A stretch of 64,000 nucleotides of DNA, taken from the NCBI GenBank assembly GCA_951406725.2, contig OX597825.1, positions 31,806,001 to 31,870,000 of the forward strand, given 5' to 3'. Below the pieces are notes generated by a model, which ran no database searches, was not told where the DNA came from, and saw only the letters and a list, made by a program, of their open reading frames with translations. Source of the DNA: Octopus vulgaris (lineage: Eukaryota). Made by a program: the position numbers and the translations under genes. Shown piece by piece: positions 24,890-37,413 of the stretch (position 1 is the first letter of the stretch; each line of letters starts with the position of its first letter).

Positions 24890-27273
24890 GTAAGTAATAA
24901 GGCTGGTCAGCTGCTTTTATTATTTTGATTAATAATAATTTTATTAAGTAAAATTTTTAATATATATTTACTAAGTAAAGTTAATATCGTTTCAGAGAAA
25001 TTTTTTTATAAAAACATTAAGACTAACACACACACACACACACACTCATACATCTTCTCAAGGCGTGCTAGAAATAACAGCCAGATCTTCCTCAACTCAC
25101 CACTCCGTCGTCTTCAAAAGTGAAAGACTACTGCTACATCGAAATCGTAATCGCCTTTCAATAATAGCACTGCTTGTTCAGAACTGACCGCAATTAACAA
25201 CATTTGAAGGGAAGAGGCCAACCAAAGTTCGGGCTGACACACGTTGTCTGCCTGTTTTGATAAATGTTTTTACTCGCTAATCGTACTGATAGTTTTAACA
25301 TTTGGCAATATCTGATTATTACAGCGAAGTTACTTAGTTGCTAAGCAGTGTAATAATAATAATAATAAAAAGGGCATTCGTTACTGATGTGCATGGTAAA
25401 TGTCTTGCATGTACTGTTGGGAAAGAGAAGCCACAGAGCCAGCAGTTAGGATTTGTTGGCGGGAGGGAGAGGGTTACGGTAGGAAGAAACCAAACAATGC
25501 TTTACGGGGTTAGATTTAAATGCTAAACACTTGATTTTAACTATTATTTTCAGTAATGTTGTTGGGGTTGAGTATGGTAGCTATATGCGATAGTAACCAC
25601 TGTTTGTTACCCCCCTATACACACCTCATGCATTTTGCATTGTTTACTAAACTGGCTGCGGTGCAGTTGTAGTTGTAATGCTTGAAGCTTTATTATACAC
25701 AATATCGGAGATCTCTTTCTTCATACTAAATATTCTACACCGCAGTCCAAAGATAAGGTTGCTGTATAGTTAGACCACAATCCAAACAGAGATGACAGCT
25801 GCTTCTGTCACACACCATTAGTATGCTGTGGGAATAATTGATTTCTAACATTGGTACAAGGCTTCTCATTTCAGAGGTGTATAATGTAGTCGATGGGATC
25901 AATACCAGTATGTATGTATGTCCTCGTCTCTCTCTCTTTTTCAAAAGCGAATTGCTCTCAATAATAATAGCTAACATTACTACGAAGGATTAATTGTGTG
26001 AAAAAGGTGACATATCGATTTAAGCGAAATAGTACATTTAGTTATACTCATCTTATCAGGGAGGGATCGTAGTCGGAGTTCAAGTCTGAATGTAAAGGAG
26101 GCATTTTTCACCTGATGCTATTTCATTTCCTCAACCCCATTTCCCTATTTCCCCCTAGAAAAAGGATTTTCATCACAATTTCACATTTTTTTCTTGACAC
26201 TCTCCTTCCTGACTTGATGTCGGCTTATGAAAAACAAAACATGGACCAAAACCATCTCACTACAGCAACTGTCATTCCAGTTTAGACGTCTGACTGCAAC
26301 TGTTGTTCTCTGTGTTGTGGTCTAACTAGGTAACAAGAAATCCCTTTTTTTTTATTATTATAGGCAGTGGCTAATAACCGATGCTCTACTTGTCACCACT
26401 TAAGGACCCACAGTACACTGATTGTAAACAGGGATATACAATTATGTGCTCCAACTATAGATAACTCTTAAAATACATCATCCAACTCAGTTTTCACTGC
26501 AACCTGCCTTTAGTCTACTGTAAAACAACCATTACTATTTAGCATATTCTCTGAACACAGATCACTGAATTACTCAGAGGCGCCATCCTCATGAAAAACA
26601 ATAGTTAAGTTACTTAACTATTTAATTTAAAATCTTACTATAACTGAAATAGTGTACTATTGTGTCACTGCATCTAATTACAGCAGGCTTCAGTAATTCA
26701 ACAGTCGTTAGCTACATCCTAATTATAGACCAACTACTTATTATATACTACTATTTATTTATGGTAGACTGACTGCTATACTCATCAGTATAGATGTCTA
26801 ACAAGGTTTAGCTGTTTTCTTCACCATAGCTGTATAGACTGTTGACAACTTACTACAGCAATAACCACCACTGAGTGGGTTGTTGACTAATTACTACAAC
26901 ACCAGCCAGCACTATAACAACAATCAGTGGACGTGCCTTCTCTTCTTGGTAGCTTCTCGACTCCTAGAAAAACGATTCTGCAATTTCTTGCCGAACAACC
27001 TGCACAGATCATTTATGTATAGTGATCGAATGTTTGTGCTGTACATGAGTTTACTCTCTCCATTAAATCAACATTATCTGTACAGGTGCACAAGTGTGCC
27101 ACACATCAGGTGTCAAAGGGATTGCAGAACAACATGAAATGAAATACTTTGCTGAAAAACACGATGTATATCTGGTTCAGGATTGAAAACCACAAACTCA
27201 TGACTGTGAGTGCAACACACTAACCGCTAGGCCATATGCCTTTTCCTCATGTGCCAGTATACAACAATATACC

Positions 27274-27506
27274 TATTTCTTTACTACCCACAAGGGGCTT
27301 AACACAGAGGGGACAAACAAGGACAGACAAACAGATTAAGTCGATTATATCGACCCCCATGTGTAACTGGTACTTAATTTATCAACCCCAAAAGGATGAA
27401 AGGTAAAGTCGGCCTCGGCGGAATTTGAACTCAGAATGTAACGGCAGACGAAATACGGCTATGCATTTCGCCCGGCGTGCTAACGTTTCTGCCAGCTCGC
27501 TGCCTT
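27274..27506 (-). mobile_element. Full-length family A SINE with 12-bp TSD
   Basis: Complete head-to-tail copy; TSD CAACAATATACC at 27262-27273 and 27507-27518. Confidence 0.92.
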
Positions 27507-27719
27507 CAACAATATACCACACACTAACCATTGTCATAACCATCAGGACTAAGACCCAGTGTGTATTATTCTATCAGATAAGTGGATGCTTCTACTATAG
27601 TTTGCAGTTCTCAATTGGAGTAGCATTACAGGAAAATTGTGAAAACATGTATTCTACATCACATTTTGTTTTATAAGTGCTTCAGATTTTTGACTTCATA
27701 TCTCAAGATGTTTTTAATG

Positions 27720-28615
27720 GCTAAAGCTGATTGAATGGCAATAACAGGAATAGAGGAATAAAACTACATACCTGAGTATGTAGTTTCATCACTATATTTT
27801 CTGAGTTCAGTTCCTGCCAAGGTTGATTTTGCATCTTTACAGTATAGTGTTGATAAACTAAGTACCAGTCATGTACAGGTCAATTTCTCTCTATAGGAGT
27901 GATTGTTTTAGAAAATATTATTACTGTCATTCACACTGGTTAATTGGTGAGATCATTAGAGCATTGGATAAAATGTCTTATATTATTTTGTTACAGACCT
28001 TTACATTCTGAATTCAAATTCTGATGAGGTCACTTTTACCTTTTGTCCTTCCCAGATTGATAAAAGGAAATACCAATCAAGTAGCAGGGTTGGTTCAGTC
28101 AACTAACTTTTCTTTATAATTTGCGGCCTTTGACCTATGTTAGCTATAATTGTTATGAAGAGTGTGGTGGATGGTATAATTGGATAGATTTGGACAAATG
28201 GTCTCTTGTGGTATTTGGTTCCATCTCTTTATGTTCTGAGTTCAAAACCTTGCTGAGGTGAAGTATCATCCTTTTGATGTTGATCATACCATTCAAGTAT
28301 TGGGATCATCATAATGAATTATATTCCTCCCACATTGTATCTATGAAATTATTAATAAAGATTAAGGTAGGGAGCTGGCAGAATCATTAGCTCAGTAGAC
28401 AAAATGCTTAGCAGTATTTCACCTATCGCTACGTTCTGAATTCAAATTCCGCTGAGGTTGACTTTGCCTTTCATCTTTTCAGGGTTGATAAATTAAGTTC
28501 CAGTCAAGTACCGGGGTCAATATGATCGATTGTACCCCTCCCCTCAATTCCAGGCCTTTTGCCTTTAGTAGAAAGGATTATTATTATGGCCATGTACCAA
28601 AATTTGAAACATTAA
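27720..28615 (+). mobile_element. Four head-to-tail family A-related SINEs
   Basis: TTCTGA(G/A)TTCA B-box plus central domain repeated at about 27800, 28005, 28235 and 28435. Confidence 0.7.
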
Positions 28616-28644
28616 TAGGCACAGTCTAAATGGATCGGAATTGG

Positions 28645-29012
28645 AATTGCTAACTTTTCAAGAACTGGGCGACTTCGCCTGACTCTGCAGCCCCTTCCAT
28701 CTGTCCTTCTGCAACAGCGCTTGCGGTGGTTTGGCCATGCATGTAGGCGTCCAGTGTGTGAACTGAGCCGTGATGTCCTTCTCCCAACTCCATTTCACAA
28801 CTGGCGGAAACGTGCGGGCGGGCAGCTGAAGACCTGGGTTATGACGATCAAGGAGGACCTCTCCATGCTCACGGGACCGCAGGTGGTCGGCTTGCGCTGA
28901 TGGAACCCTGACTGGCGCAGGACTGTCGTGCGTGGGTTGCCATGGTTCGAGATACCTCGAGGGTGGTAGAAGCCGACTCAACCTGCCCAGGGTGAATGTC
29001 GCTACAAGTACG
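28645..29012 (+). mobile_element. RTE-clade LINE 3' terminal fragment (GC-rich)
   Basis: Plus frame reads LQQRLRWFGHACRRP...WRKRAGGQLKTWVMTIKEDL..., then AQDCRAW...STCPG*, followed by a CAAGTA-type end. Confidence 0.85.
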
Positions 29013-30810
29013 AACTGGGCAACATTAGACAGAGTAGCTCATCAGTGTCATTAATTCATTTATTATCATCATCATCATCGTTTAACGTCCGCTTTCCATG
29101 CTAGCATGGGTTGGACGGATTATATATTTTAGTATATATATTTCTGGAGGCAGCACAAGGACATCATCATCCCCTTGAGATCCATGCTCTAAATGTGACC
29201 CAACGTTCCATTTCATAGCTCTCTGTTCTTACAATTGAAATTAACTTTGCCTGTTTGTGAAGAAGTAGTGAGTAAAGTACCTGTGAGACACCAAACTGTC
29301 TATAGAACTTTTTCACTTGCATTTACCCTTCTTTTACGAAAGGCCTTGTGTTTAGTCAAAACAATCCAGAGGTGGTGGGAACAGATGTTTGTATTAAATG
29401 TTTTTGTCGTTTTGAAATGGCTTTGTCTTACAAGATGACCGCAAAAAAAGGTAACATTGCATTGCCCCCTTCCCCACTCCACACAACAAACAAACGTATG
29501 CATGTGTACTTTGTCTCACATGCAGGCTGATCAAAGACAAATCAATCAGATGAACTCACAGAAAATTAGTGATTTAATAAAGCATGGATTAATTTAGAAC
29601 AAATGCCTGTGTAGACACACAGAAATATTGCAACGTGCAGCACACAAATTTATTGCGAGCTTGTATGGAACATCTGTCTACAAAAACAGAATACAATAAT
29701 CATTATGGCCACAACCAAGTTGCAATTTATTACATTTCATTGATTCTTCAATCACCAACTCATATCCACTCCACTGCTCTTTTTTGTATCAGATTTTGCT
29801 GGTTCTCTTGCACTTTTTATTGCATGCACTTTAACTTTGACAGACTATTTGAGCTGGTAAAGATAACGAAGAACTAGGTTACACGCATATATGAATGTCT
29901 AATATGTATGTCTTTCTCATGTGCGTGCGTGTGTATTTATCTTTTACTTGTTTCAGGCATTAGACCGTGACCATACTGGGGGTACCACCCTGAAGAATTT
30001 TTAGCCCCACTACTTTATTTTTAAGCTTGGTATTTATGCTATTGATTAATATTGATTATGCTATTACTAACTTACAGAGACATAAACACACCAGTACTGG
30101 TTGTCAAGCATTGGTCAAGCAGACACAACAAACTTCTTTCAGTTTCCAAATCCACACACAAGGCTTTGGTTGGCCCAAAGCTATAGCAGAAGACATTTGC
30201 CCAAAGTGCCAGAAAGTGGGACTGAACCCCAAACCATGTGGTTGTGAAGCAAACTTCTTACCACACAGCTATATCTACATCTATACATGCATACACATAT
30301 CTGTTTGCACACACGCACACACACATTTCTAGTGGCTCTTCTGTCATGAACCACCATCAGTATTCAAAATTTAAGTACCCCAAAAATTAAATAGCTATAT
30401 CTTTTACTAATTTGTTTGCTTGTTTGCTTGCAAAAGAAATAAAATCCAAATCATTGATGGAGAAGACAAAAAAAAGTTTTCGAAATAATGATATCTCTTA
30501 ACTTTCACTGTTTTAATCATTGGATTGTGGTCATGCTGGAGCACTGCCTTGAAGGATTGTTTAATGGAACAAATTGACCCCAGTACTTTTCTTTTACAGT
30601 GTGGTTAGAACCTGGTGCAGCTCCCCAGCTTACCAGTATTCAGCCAAACTGTCCAACCCATGCCAGCATGGAAAACAGATGTTAAATGAAGATGATGATG
30701 GTGTGCTTATTCTTTTGGTTTCCATTGCTAAACAGCTAAGTTACAAGGATGAAGACAAACCAACACCAGTTGTCAAGCATTGGTGAAACAATATATATAT
30801 ATATATATAT

Positions 30811-30982
30811 ATTGTTGTATTTTGGAATGGTCATGTTGCCAGTTTAGCCAATAAAAACACACACACTATATATTTGGTGTTAATTTGTGGCTAATCTGGC
30901 AACATGACCATTCCTAAATACAACAATATCTGTTTCAACACACGATTTCACATCAAGAATCTTGCAAAACAAATATATAAAC
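30811..30982. mobile_element. Inverted-pair insertion of the 11682 repeat (PLE-type inverted terminal structure)
   Basis: Arms 30811-30850 and 30888-30927 are 38/40 complementary with a 37-nt spacer. Flanked by TA-rich runs. Confidence 0.65.
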
Positions 30983-31187
30983 GTGTGTGTGTATATATAT
31001 ATATATGTATGTATAGATAAACAGACAGACAGGTTTTCATACAGTTTCTGTCTCCCAAATTTGCTTACAAGACAATTATTAGTTAGCCTGGGGCTATTGT
31101 AAAAGATACTTTCCCAAAGTGCCACGCAGTGTGACTCGACTCAAAACCACTTGGTTACAAAACAAGCTTCTTAGTAACACGGCCATA

Positions 31188-31228
<41 letters not shown>

Positions 31229-31230
<2 letters not shown>

Positions 31231-31390
31231 CAAAATAAGCAACACGATCATTCTGCATTACCTCTGGATATTCTTGTTGCTTATTTTGATTATAATCGCC
31301 CCATTTAAATTATATGGATAATACCATACTAAATTCTGGTGCCTTTAACTTAAGTACCATATTCATTTGAATCTAAATTTTACTGAACTT
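31229..31390. mobile_element. Short (TA)n-embedded element with a 16-bp inverted repeat
   Basis: ATCAAAATAAGCAACA (31229-31244) and TGTTGCTTATTTTGAT (31275-31290); TA runs on both sides. Confidence 0.5.
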
Positions 31391-31614
31391 ATATATATAT
31401 ATATTACTTAAACAGTTTATAGGATCTCATGGTTGATGGAAGGTGTGTATTATATGGAAAACAAAATATAATGCAAATATCTTACATACTCAAAGTTCCA
31501 TTGTAAAACAATGTTTCATGTATTGATGGCTATGACAAATGTAAAAGATATTCAAATACTGACTATGTATGGACACAAAAATCTTTGTTTTTAGTTGTTA
31601 ACATGATATATATC

Positions 31615-31840
31615 ACCACCATCATTTAACATCCATTTTCCATGCTGGGATGGGTTGTACAGCTTGACAGGAGCTGGCAAGACAAAGGACTGCACTAAGT
31701 TCTACTCTCTGTTTTGGCATGGCTTTTACAGCTGGACACTCCTCCTAATGCCAATCACTTTACAGTGTGGCCTGGATGCTTGTTACATGACACCAGTACT
31801 GGCAAGATCACCAAGTAACTTGCAAGACAAAGATCCTTTG
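31615..31840 (-). mobile_element. Old family C-related SINE
   Basis: CATCATTTAACATCCATTTTCCATGCTGG...ACAGCTGGA...CCTAATGCCAA. Similar copy at about 50720-51070. Confidence 0.65.
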
Positions 31841-34800
31841 AGAGGTGGCGAGTACTGGAGGAGGTGGCTTTGTGTCTGGTGATGAGAGACTAGTTTGACA
31901 GAGGGACAAAAGGGTCTTGCTGTAAGAGATATATGGTTACCACAGTTAGAGAGTGAGGGAAATGGTGGTGATGTGCCTGGGTATACTCTCAAAGTACAGT
32001 GATAAGGATATGAATTGGATTGTAGAGCATTGCTAAGGGTGCATGATTAGGGTTCATGTGAATGCAAAGAAGAGGGATGGGAGAGAATAGAGTGACAGCT
32101 GAGACCTGGGTATTACAGAGGGTGGAGGACAGCAAGATAGCAATGGTATAATGGGCAGAGTAATGAGGACAGGTTTAGGCTGCATGTGTATAGATCTGCT
32201 ACTGGGTATGAATATAAAAACTGCATTCCTCTGCCAAGCCAAGTTAAGCCAGTGTGGTGGAGTAAGCTTGTTAAACCAGTCTGATCTCAAGCTCACATTC
32301 ACAGCCTCCACATCAGACCATGGTTGGTGACAAGAACATGCCGAGTCCTTCGTCCTGCACTGGACTGAAAATAGGCAATCCAGTCCAATGTATATGCTTG
32401 TGGTCTGCAATTTTTTTTAAATACCATCCAGAACAACTTACACATTTTCCATTGTCTTGAATTACTTGTTTCAGTTATATTTAAGAATGTGGTTTAATCT
32501 CCACTAAAAAGACATCAGATAATCTAATCCTTCTGAAGTTAGCTTTGTCTTTCATCTTTTCAATGAAGTACTGGGGATTATGTAACTGACTTGCCCATAC
32601 CTCTCAAAATTGCTGGCCTTGCACCAAAATTTGAAACCGTTATTAAAGTCAAGTATGTGATGGGATTGTTATAGTTTTGGCCATGTTACTATTAAGTGGC
32701 CTGTTGAAATGATGGTTAAAGGAAGAATGTCATAAGACAGTTATAAAGTTTCTGAACAATTAGCTCATTGGTTGTGAGTTCATATCTATTGTAAGTTTTG
32801 TCGTTTCTAGGCAAGACACTTAATTCTACTTGCCTCAATTGCACCTAACTATTCCTGAATAGGATGAAGACCTGTAAACATGAAAATGCTGACCTGATGG
32901 AGTTTTAAAGAACTGGTGCTCAGGTCTTGTTTATAGCATTAAGCAGATGAGCCTTTCTGTATAATCTGTGAATTGAACGTTAATGTTGTTTAAACCCCAA
33001 TGCGACAAAGGCATGACTACCAATTTTGTTCCAAACAATGCTATCAAATGTCTTTTTTTTTTCAGTCTATAGATTGTAATTAAAAGGAGACTTGGCTGCT
33101 ATTTCTTGCAGATTGAGCCACTGCATAAAGGCTCTATCAGCTGAATATGCTTCACTAAGGAGGTCCAATAAAACTGAAACATGTTACCTTCTGAAGTTGG
33201 CTTTTAAAGACAAGGTCCACTTCATTAACTTGTCTTAACATGCCAATACTTTTACTTAGTTGATCTTACTGAAAAATCTAGTTTTCTTTTTTTTATCTTT
33301 AGTCAACCAGTTGCATGAATAATCTCTGTTAACTGAAGTGTTTCAACTTTATTACGCAAGACCTTAATACATGACTGTTTAGCGCACAGACCACCACCAT
33401 TCTGATTCAGTTGACTAAATAACCTGTTCAGTGTATTATTGTGTGACTGAGTGTTCCACAGATATATACCTATAAAATAATCCTCAGGCAGGATCAGCAT
33501 AACACAATGTATAAGGCAGGTCCCTTTCTAATTACTGGTATAGTACTTCTGATGGCCATCCATACAATTTCTGTGTACCTGGTTTCATTTGAAAGGCTTT
33601 ATTTCACCTGTGATTTGGAGTTGTGATAAAAGACACAGGGCGAAGATGTCACACAAGGATATCAGATCCAAGGTTTGGTTAATGTAGAGCAAAATCCTTA
33701 ACCACTCAACCATGCCTACATCCATAAAACACATGACAACAAGTACTATTACTGTTGCTACTGCTGCTGCGTTCCAGTTTATGTGAGGTGGTTGTGTGTA
33801 ACAAAGCATTTAATACCCACTCCTGACAATTTTTTTTTTTTTTTTAATCTTTTATAAATTGTTTTATTATTGCCCTGGTCTGTTCTGATATATATATTCT
33901 TTGTGGTTGACATTACAAACTTGATTCTTTTCTCCCACGCACAACTGTCTCTCTCACTAGCCCACTCACTTCCTTCCTGACACACATACGCACATATCAA
34001 CACACACCTGCTACACTGCCTTTCTGATATATGTATACACACATTTACATGTGCATACATTTACACACCAACATTGTCATCATCATTTAGCGTCCGTTTT
34101 CCATGCTAGCATGAGTTGTCGAATATGGTATTTTTTTTATACTAAAATTAGTAAGATTGACTCTATTTGACAAATTTAATAAAACCTCCATGAAATTTCA
34201 TAAAGCTTTTGCTAATCTACTAGTTGCTTCCTTTCTATGAAATTTTACCTTTTGTTAAATTCTATTTAACAAGTTTGATGTCCAAATGTCTGAGTATGTT
34301 TTATAAGGGTTCATTGAGCAGGTGCAACTCATTTTCAGTCACTGGTGACCCATTGTTGTAATTTCCTAAGTTGTGACTCATCAGCTTCAGTATTTCAAAT
34401 GTGTTTTGTTTTATCTTTATTTAATGACATTTTTAATGTATATTTAACTTAACCCATATATCATAATGGCTTAGAAAATGAGCTATAAAGAGTGATTTAT
34501 GAGAAAACCCATGCAGGTAAGAAAGCCAACATAAACCTAGATCTGAACAGAAATTTCACTTGTCATAAAGTGCCTTAAGATTAGTTGTTTTAGCCCAAGT
34601 TCAAAAAACTTGAAACACTGCTGTGATTACCTGGGAGTCTTACTATATTTGAGAAACATCTTGACAAAATGTTTAGAAAATTTTCAAGTAATTGCATAGA
34701 TGTTTAAAGTAAGTGATTTCTTGTGACCTTCTACTTTTTCATTTAGCATGTTTCAGCAACTGAAAATGTGTGTGTTTACGTGGCAGAATGAAAGCTTCCC

Positions 34801-36989
34801 ATTTCAATAATACATCATCTTCCAGCTTTTTTTTAAAATCCCATGCATACCTGATTTTAGAATTGCTAAGGGAATTGGGGAATTAAGTAGGCAATAGCAA
34901 AAACACTTTCTTTTTTGCTATTACATTAGTTATAAATACATGGAAATTCTTACATCCAGATTAAAGAGTATTCAGTGGTCATTGATTCTTGGTAAAAGTA
35001 TAGATTTATCTACAAAGAAAAAATTCTTTTTTATATAGTTAGATTTCATGGAAGCCATACTGAGAAAAAAGAAAAAAACAGTTGGGAAATTTTAAACTCT
35101 TTTAGAAATCATTTGGTTGTACAATGTCTAAATTATTTACAATTCTAAAAGTAATATCTTAGCTAATAACATGGTATCATCTCCACTTCAAAATCTGACT
35201 GGCTATGTAAGTGTTGAAAGAAATCAAAAAGTAGTATTGTATGTCTTTTGTACAAGACTATGCTATGCATCTTATGCATGTTCTGAACTTTCAATTTCCT
35301 TGAAACTGACTAAATGTTATTTTATATTTGTCAAATAATCCAGGGGATGGTCTTCAATTTGCAGAATTTTAGGAATGTACCCATACTGATCCTTAAAAGA
35401 TAGCTGTAATTGATTAGCTCTTCAACAAGTGGTAGAAAGAATATAGAATAAATATGAATTCTTAGTCTGCTTTATGTAAATGAAGTATTGAGACTACTTG
35501 CCTAATTTTATTAAAAGAGAAGTACTAAAAAGATAAGGATACATTGAAGGCTAACATTGATGATCCTTCAATTTGTTGTCCTTCAAATGAAATATATCAT
35601 GAAGCCAATGAAATTACCTACAGAATTCCTACTTAAGATGTCAGAAACGGTGTACCTTTCCCAGTTTCACCATTTCTGCCCCCACCTCATCTGAGGACTA
35701 TATTGCTTACCATGACACACAGCAATGTGCATGAATTCTGGACATATTGTACTCTGTTGTCCAGTGTATTCCTGTATGCATATAGATTCTGGGTTTGGTT
35801 ACAACTAGAGAGGGTAAGATTGATTCTGCATTTATTGTGGGTGGCATACAGCACATTGTTTGGGGCTGGTGAAATTATTGATGTTGCAGTTACTTGTGCA
35901 TTTACTTTTTGTGTTTGTCAGGGTTGAGTGGGAGGTGGGATGGCAGATTTTAGGAAGTTTTTCTAGTTGTGCTATGAAATATATAATGTTTATGAATGGA
36001 TTCTTTATGTAACACCAGAGATTTAGTGGTTGATCCTTACTGTAGTAAAAACCATATCTTTTACGTGACTAGGTAACCTTTGATTATTTTAATATTTCTG
36101 TCCATAACTTGTAATAATAATAATAATAATGCATAGGGCACTATTTGGGTCATCATATTTTGTTGTGGTTTCTTGTAGAGATAACATTTTGTGCATCAAT
36201 TTTCTTCCTTCACTATCTTTTATGTGTGTTGTGAATATTGGAAGAGTTGTACTATTTGTATTTTTGCATTTCAAGTATACATGCGTGTGTGGTATGCTTA
36301 ATGTTACTGAGGATTAGTTGTATTTGATATTCTCTTATGCTGTTGCTAAGAAGGGAAACAGAGGATTTAGATGGTGTTATTTCCAGTATGTCATTGTGGA
36401 AGTTTCTAGATGATTTGAATAGAGTTTAGAGTAGTTGTGCAGCAGTGTCTGGAGAATGGTGGCAAGATCTTTGTTATAAGATAAGGTTATCTGTATGTTA
36501 CCTCAAATAAGATACCCACACTACAAAACCTAGCAAACATGCTTGTCAGACATTGCTCAAAAATCAGCTACAGGAACATAAATGACATATGCTGCATCCA
36601 CCTAGAAGAGCATCATTCTAATTTCTGTTTCAATTTTTTCCATCAGGCATATAAAAACAATGGGAAAATTTTAAAAGGATCAGAGCTACACAAAAATCAA
36701 TAACACACCTGATTTCCAGGTCTAGGAATTGCTGTACTCACAAATAGCTACAAGTCCTTGTACCAACTCTAGTAATATGGAAAGTAGACAAAATTACAGC
36801 AAAAACACAAAGAAAGTGATGTCATGTAAACATGTAGGAAAGTCCTTTACACATCTTATAAAATTGTAGAGGAGTTGACCCGTGACGTCACTAATTTGTA
36901 CTTCCTCTCCAAACCACAACACACATTTAGTCCATTCCTCACAAACCTAACACAGTAAATATGATGCCGGCAACCACAAAACACCTACA

Positions 36990-37260
36990 TATATGTACTA
37001 TTTTAATACACTTGACTTCAGTAGAGCTTTGGATCCCATTTCCCATTGTCATTCCACACATACATACTTAGCACTACTTACAAAAGAACACAGAATGTAT
37101 AGGTATACATATATAATGAATTACCTGTCAGGCTACCAAGCCTATGTAGTGCATGACCCAAACCTGCAATCATTTGAATGGAGTTCTTACTAGGATTTGT
37201 TCCCTCACCTACTCTTTTTTGCTTATACCTTCACGACCTTCCCATATCTCCACAAATGTC
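36990..37260 (+). mobile_element. Highly degenerate Jockey/CR1-group reverse transcriptase fragment
   Basis: LDFSRALDPISH (LDFSKAFD motif), NYLSGYQAYV and NGV...SPTLF. Confidence 0.55.
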
Positions 37261-37357
37261 CTTTGCATTATCAGTCTGTGTGGGTTTGACATTTTGATTT
37301 GGTTTTTATGTACCAAGCTTTGTTTCCAGTTTTTATAAACCAACCAGGGTATGTGTG

Positions 37358-37413
<56 letters not shown>

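Noticed and set aside
28021-28035. CTGATGAG hammerhead/snoRNA-like box
   Set aside because: CpG-decayed form of the SINE sequence CCGCCGAGG; no stem II or GAAA follows.
28658-28981. 107-aa minus-strand ORF
   Set aside because: Antisense to the RTE fragment, whose conserved motifs are on the + strand.
30811-30927. Possible pre-miRNA hairpin
   Set aside because: The arms derive from a dispersed repeat (copy at 11682) and the loop is 37 nt; better explained as a transposon inversion.
34474-34522. Strong donor CAG|GTAAGA after MRKPMQ
   Set aside because: No convincing acceptor or polypyrimidine tract and no recognisable peptide; cannot be supported alone.
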